A stretch of DNA of 64,000 nucleotides from Atractiella rhizophila (Eukaryota). Positions 63,753 through 64,000 of this stretch are shown one piece after another (positions within the stretch are counted from its first letter, which is position 1; each line of letters starts with the position of its first letter). The notes under the pieces are model-generated. The model was not told where the DNA came from, made no database searches, and saw only the letters and a list, made by a program, of their open reading frames with translations. Position numbers and translations under genes: made by a program. The stretch covers positions 62,001-126,000 of the forward strand of contig MU271195.1 in the NCBI GenBank assembly GCA_021432655.1, read 5' to 3'.

Positions 63753-64000
63753 GTTTCGAGTCAAGGGGGTAATTGCCATAGTAACTTTATGATGAGCTTG
63801 ATCCCTACCTGAAAAAAAAAAATTTGTTAAAGAAGTGAAACAGCAGGATATTGCCTGAATGTTTCGCAGTGCGGACTCAGTACCATGATATTTTGTAAGC
63901 ATGAGGTAAGCCGCATCGTCGTTTGCAAAATCCTTCCTATTAGACAAGCCTAGACCTCACATAATCCTGTACCAAGACTCAGACCGAGCTCGGTGTCGGA

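Overview
Eukaryotic, intron-rich fungal DNA (basidiomycete-like; organism not determined). Host genes: RPN10 (11750-13869 +), uracil phosphoribosyltransferase FUR1 (48580-49782 +), a MED13-like Mediator subunit (about 50159-56500 -), and two divergent orphan paralogues with an NTF2/SnoaL-like region plus a 2-TM hairpin (about 8.2-9.2 kb + and 34.6-35.6 kb -). Most of the rest is transposon debris. It includes a 20-kb nest that can be fully resolved (hAT 14001-34098 with an 8-bp TSD, holding an EnSpm-like element, a Tc1/IS630-like element and three solo LTRs), a tandemly duplicated CACTA pseudogene, Fot1/pogo, Tc1 and hAT remnants, a probably self-priming Gypsy LTR family (5 copies) and a near-intact Copia element (57483-63752 -). 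Main observation: three sequence-unrelated LTR families (Gypsy-type and Copia-type) share one design, namely a repeat ending in CAG, a GT splice donor, a short spacer, then a second copy of the repeat ending in CAG. This reads as a short intron in the R/U5 region whose 3' part duplicates the preceding exon end, which could let reverse transcription rebuild the intron after splicing. The Copia 3' LTR carries exactly the intron-less version. All calls were made by eye; no database searches were run.
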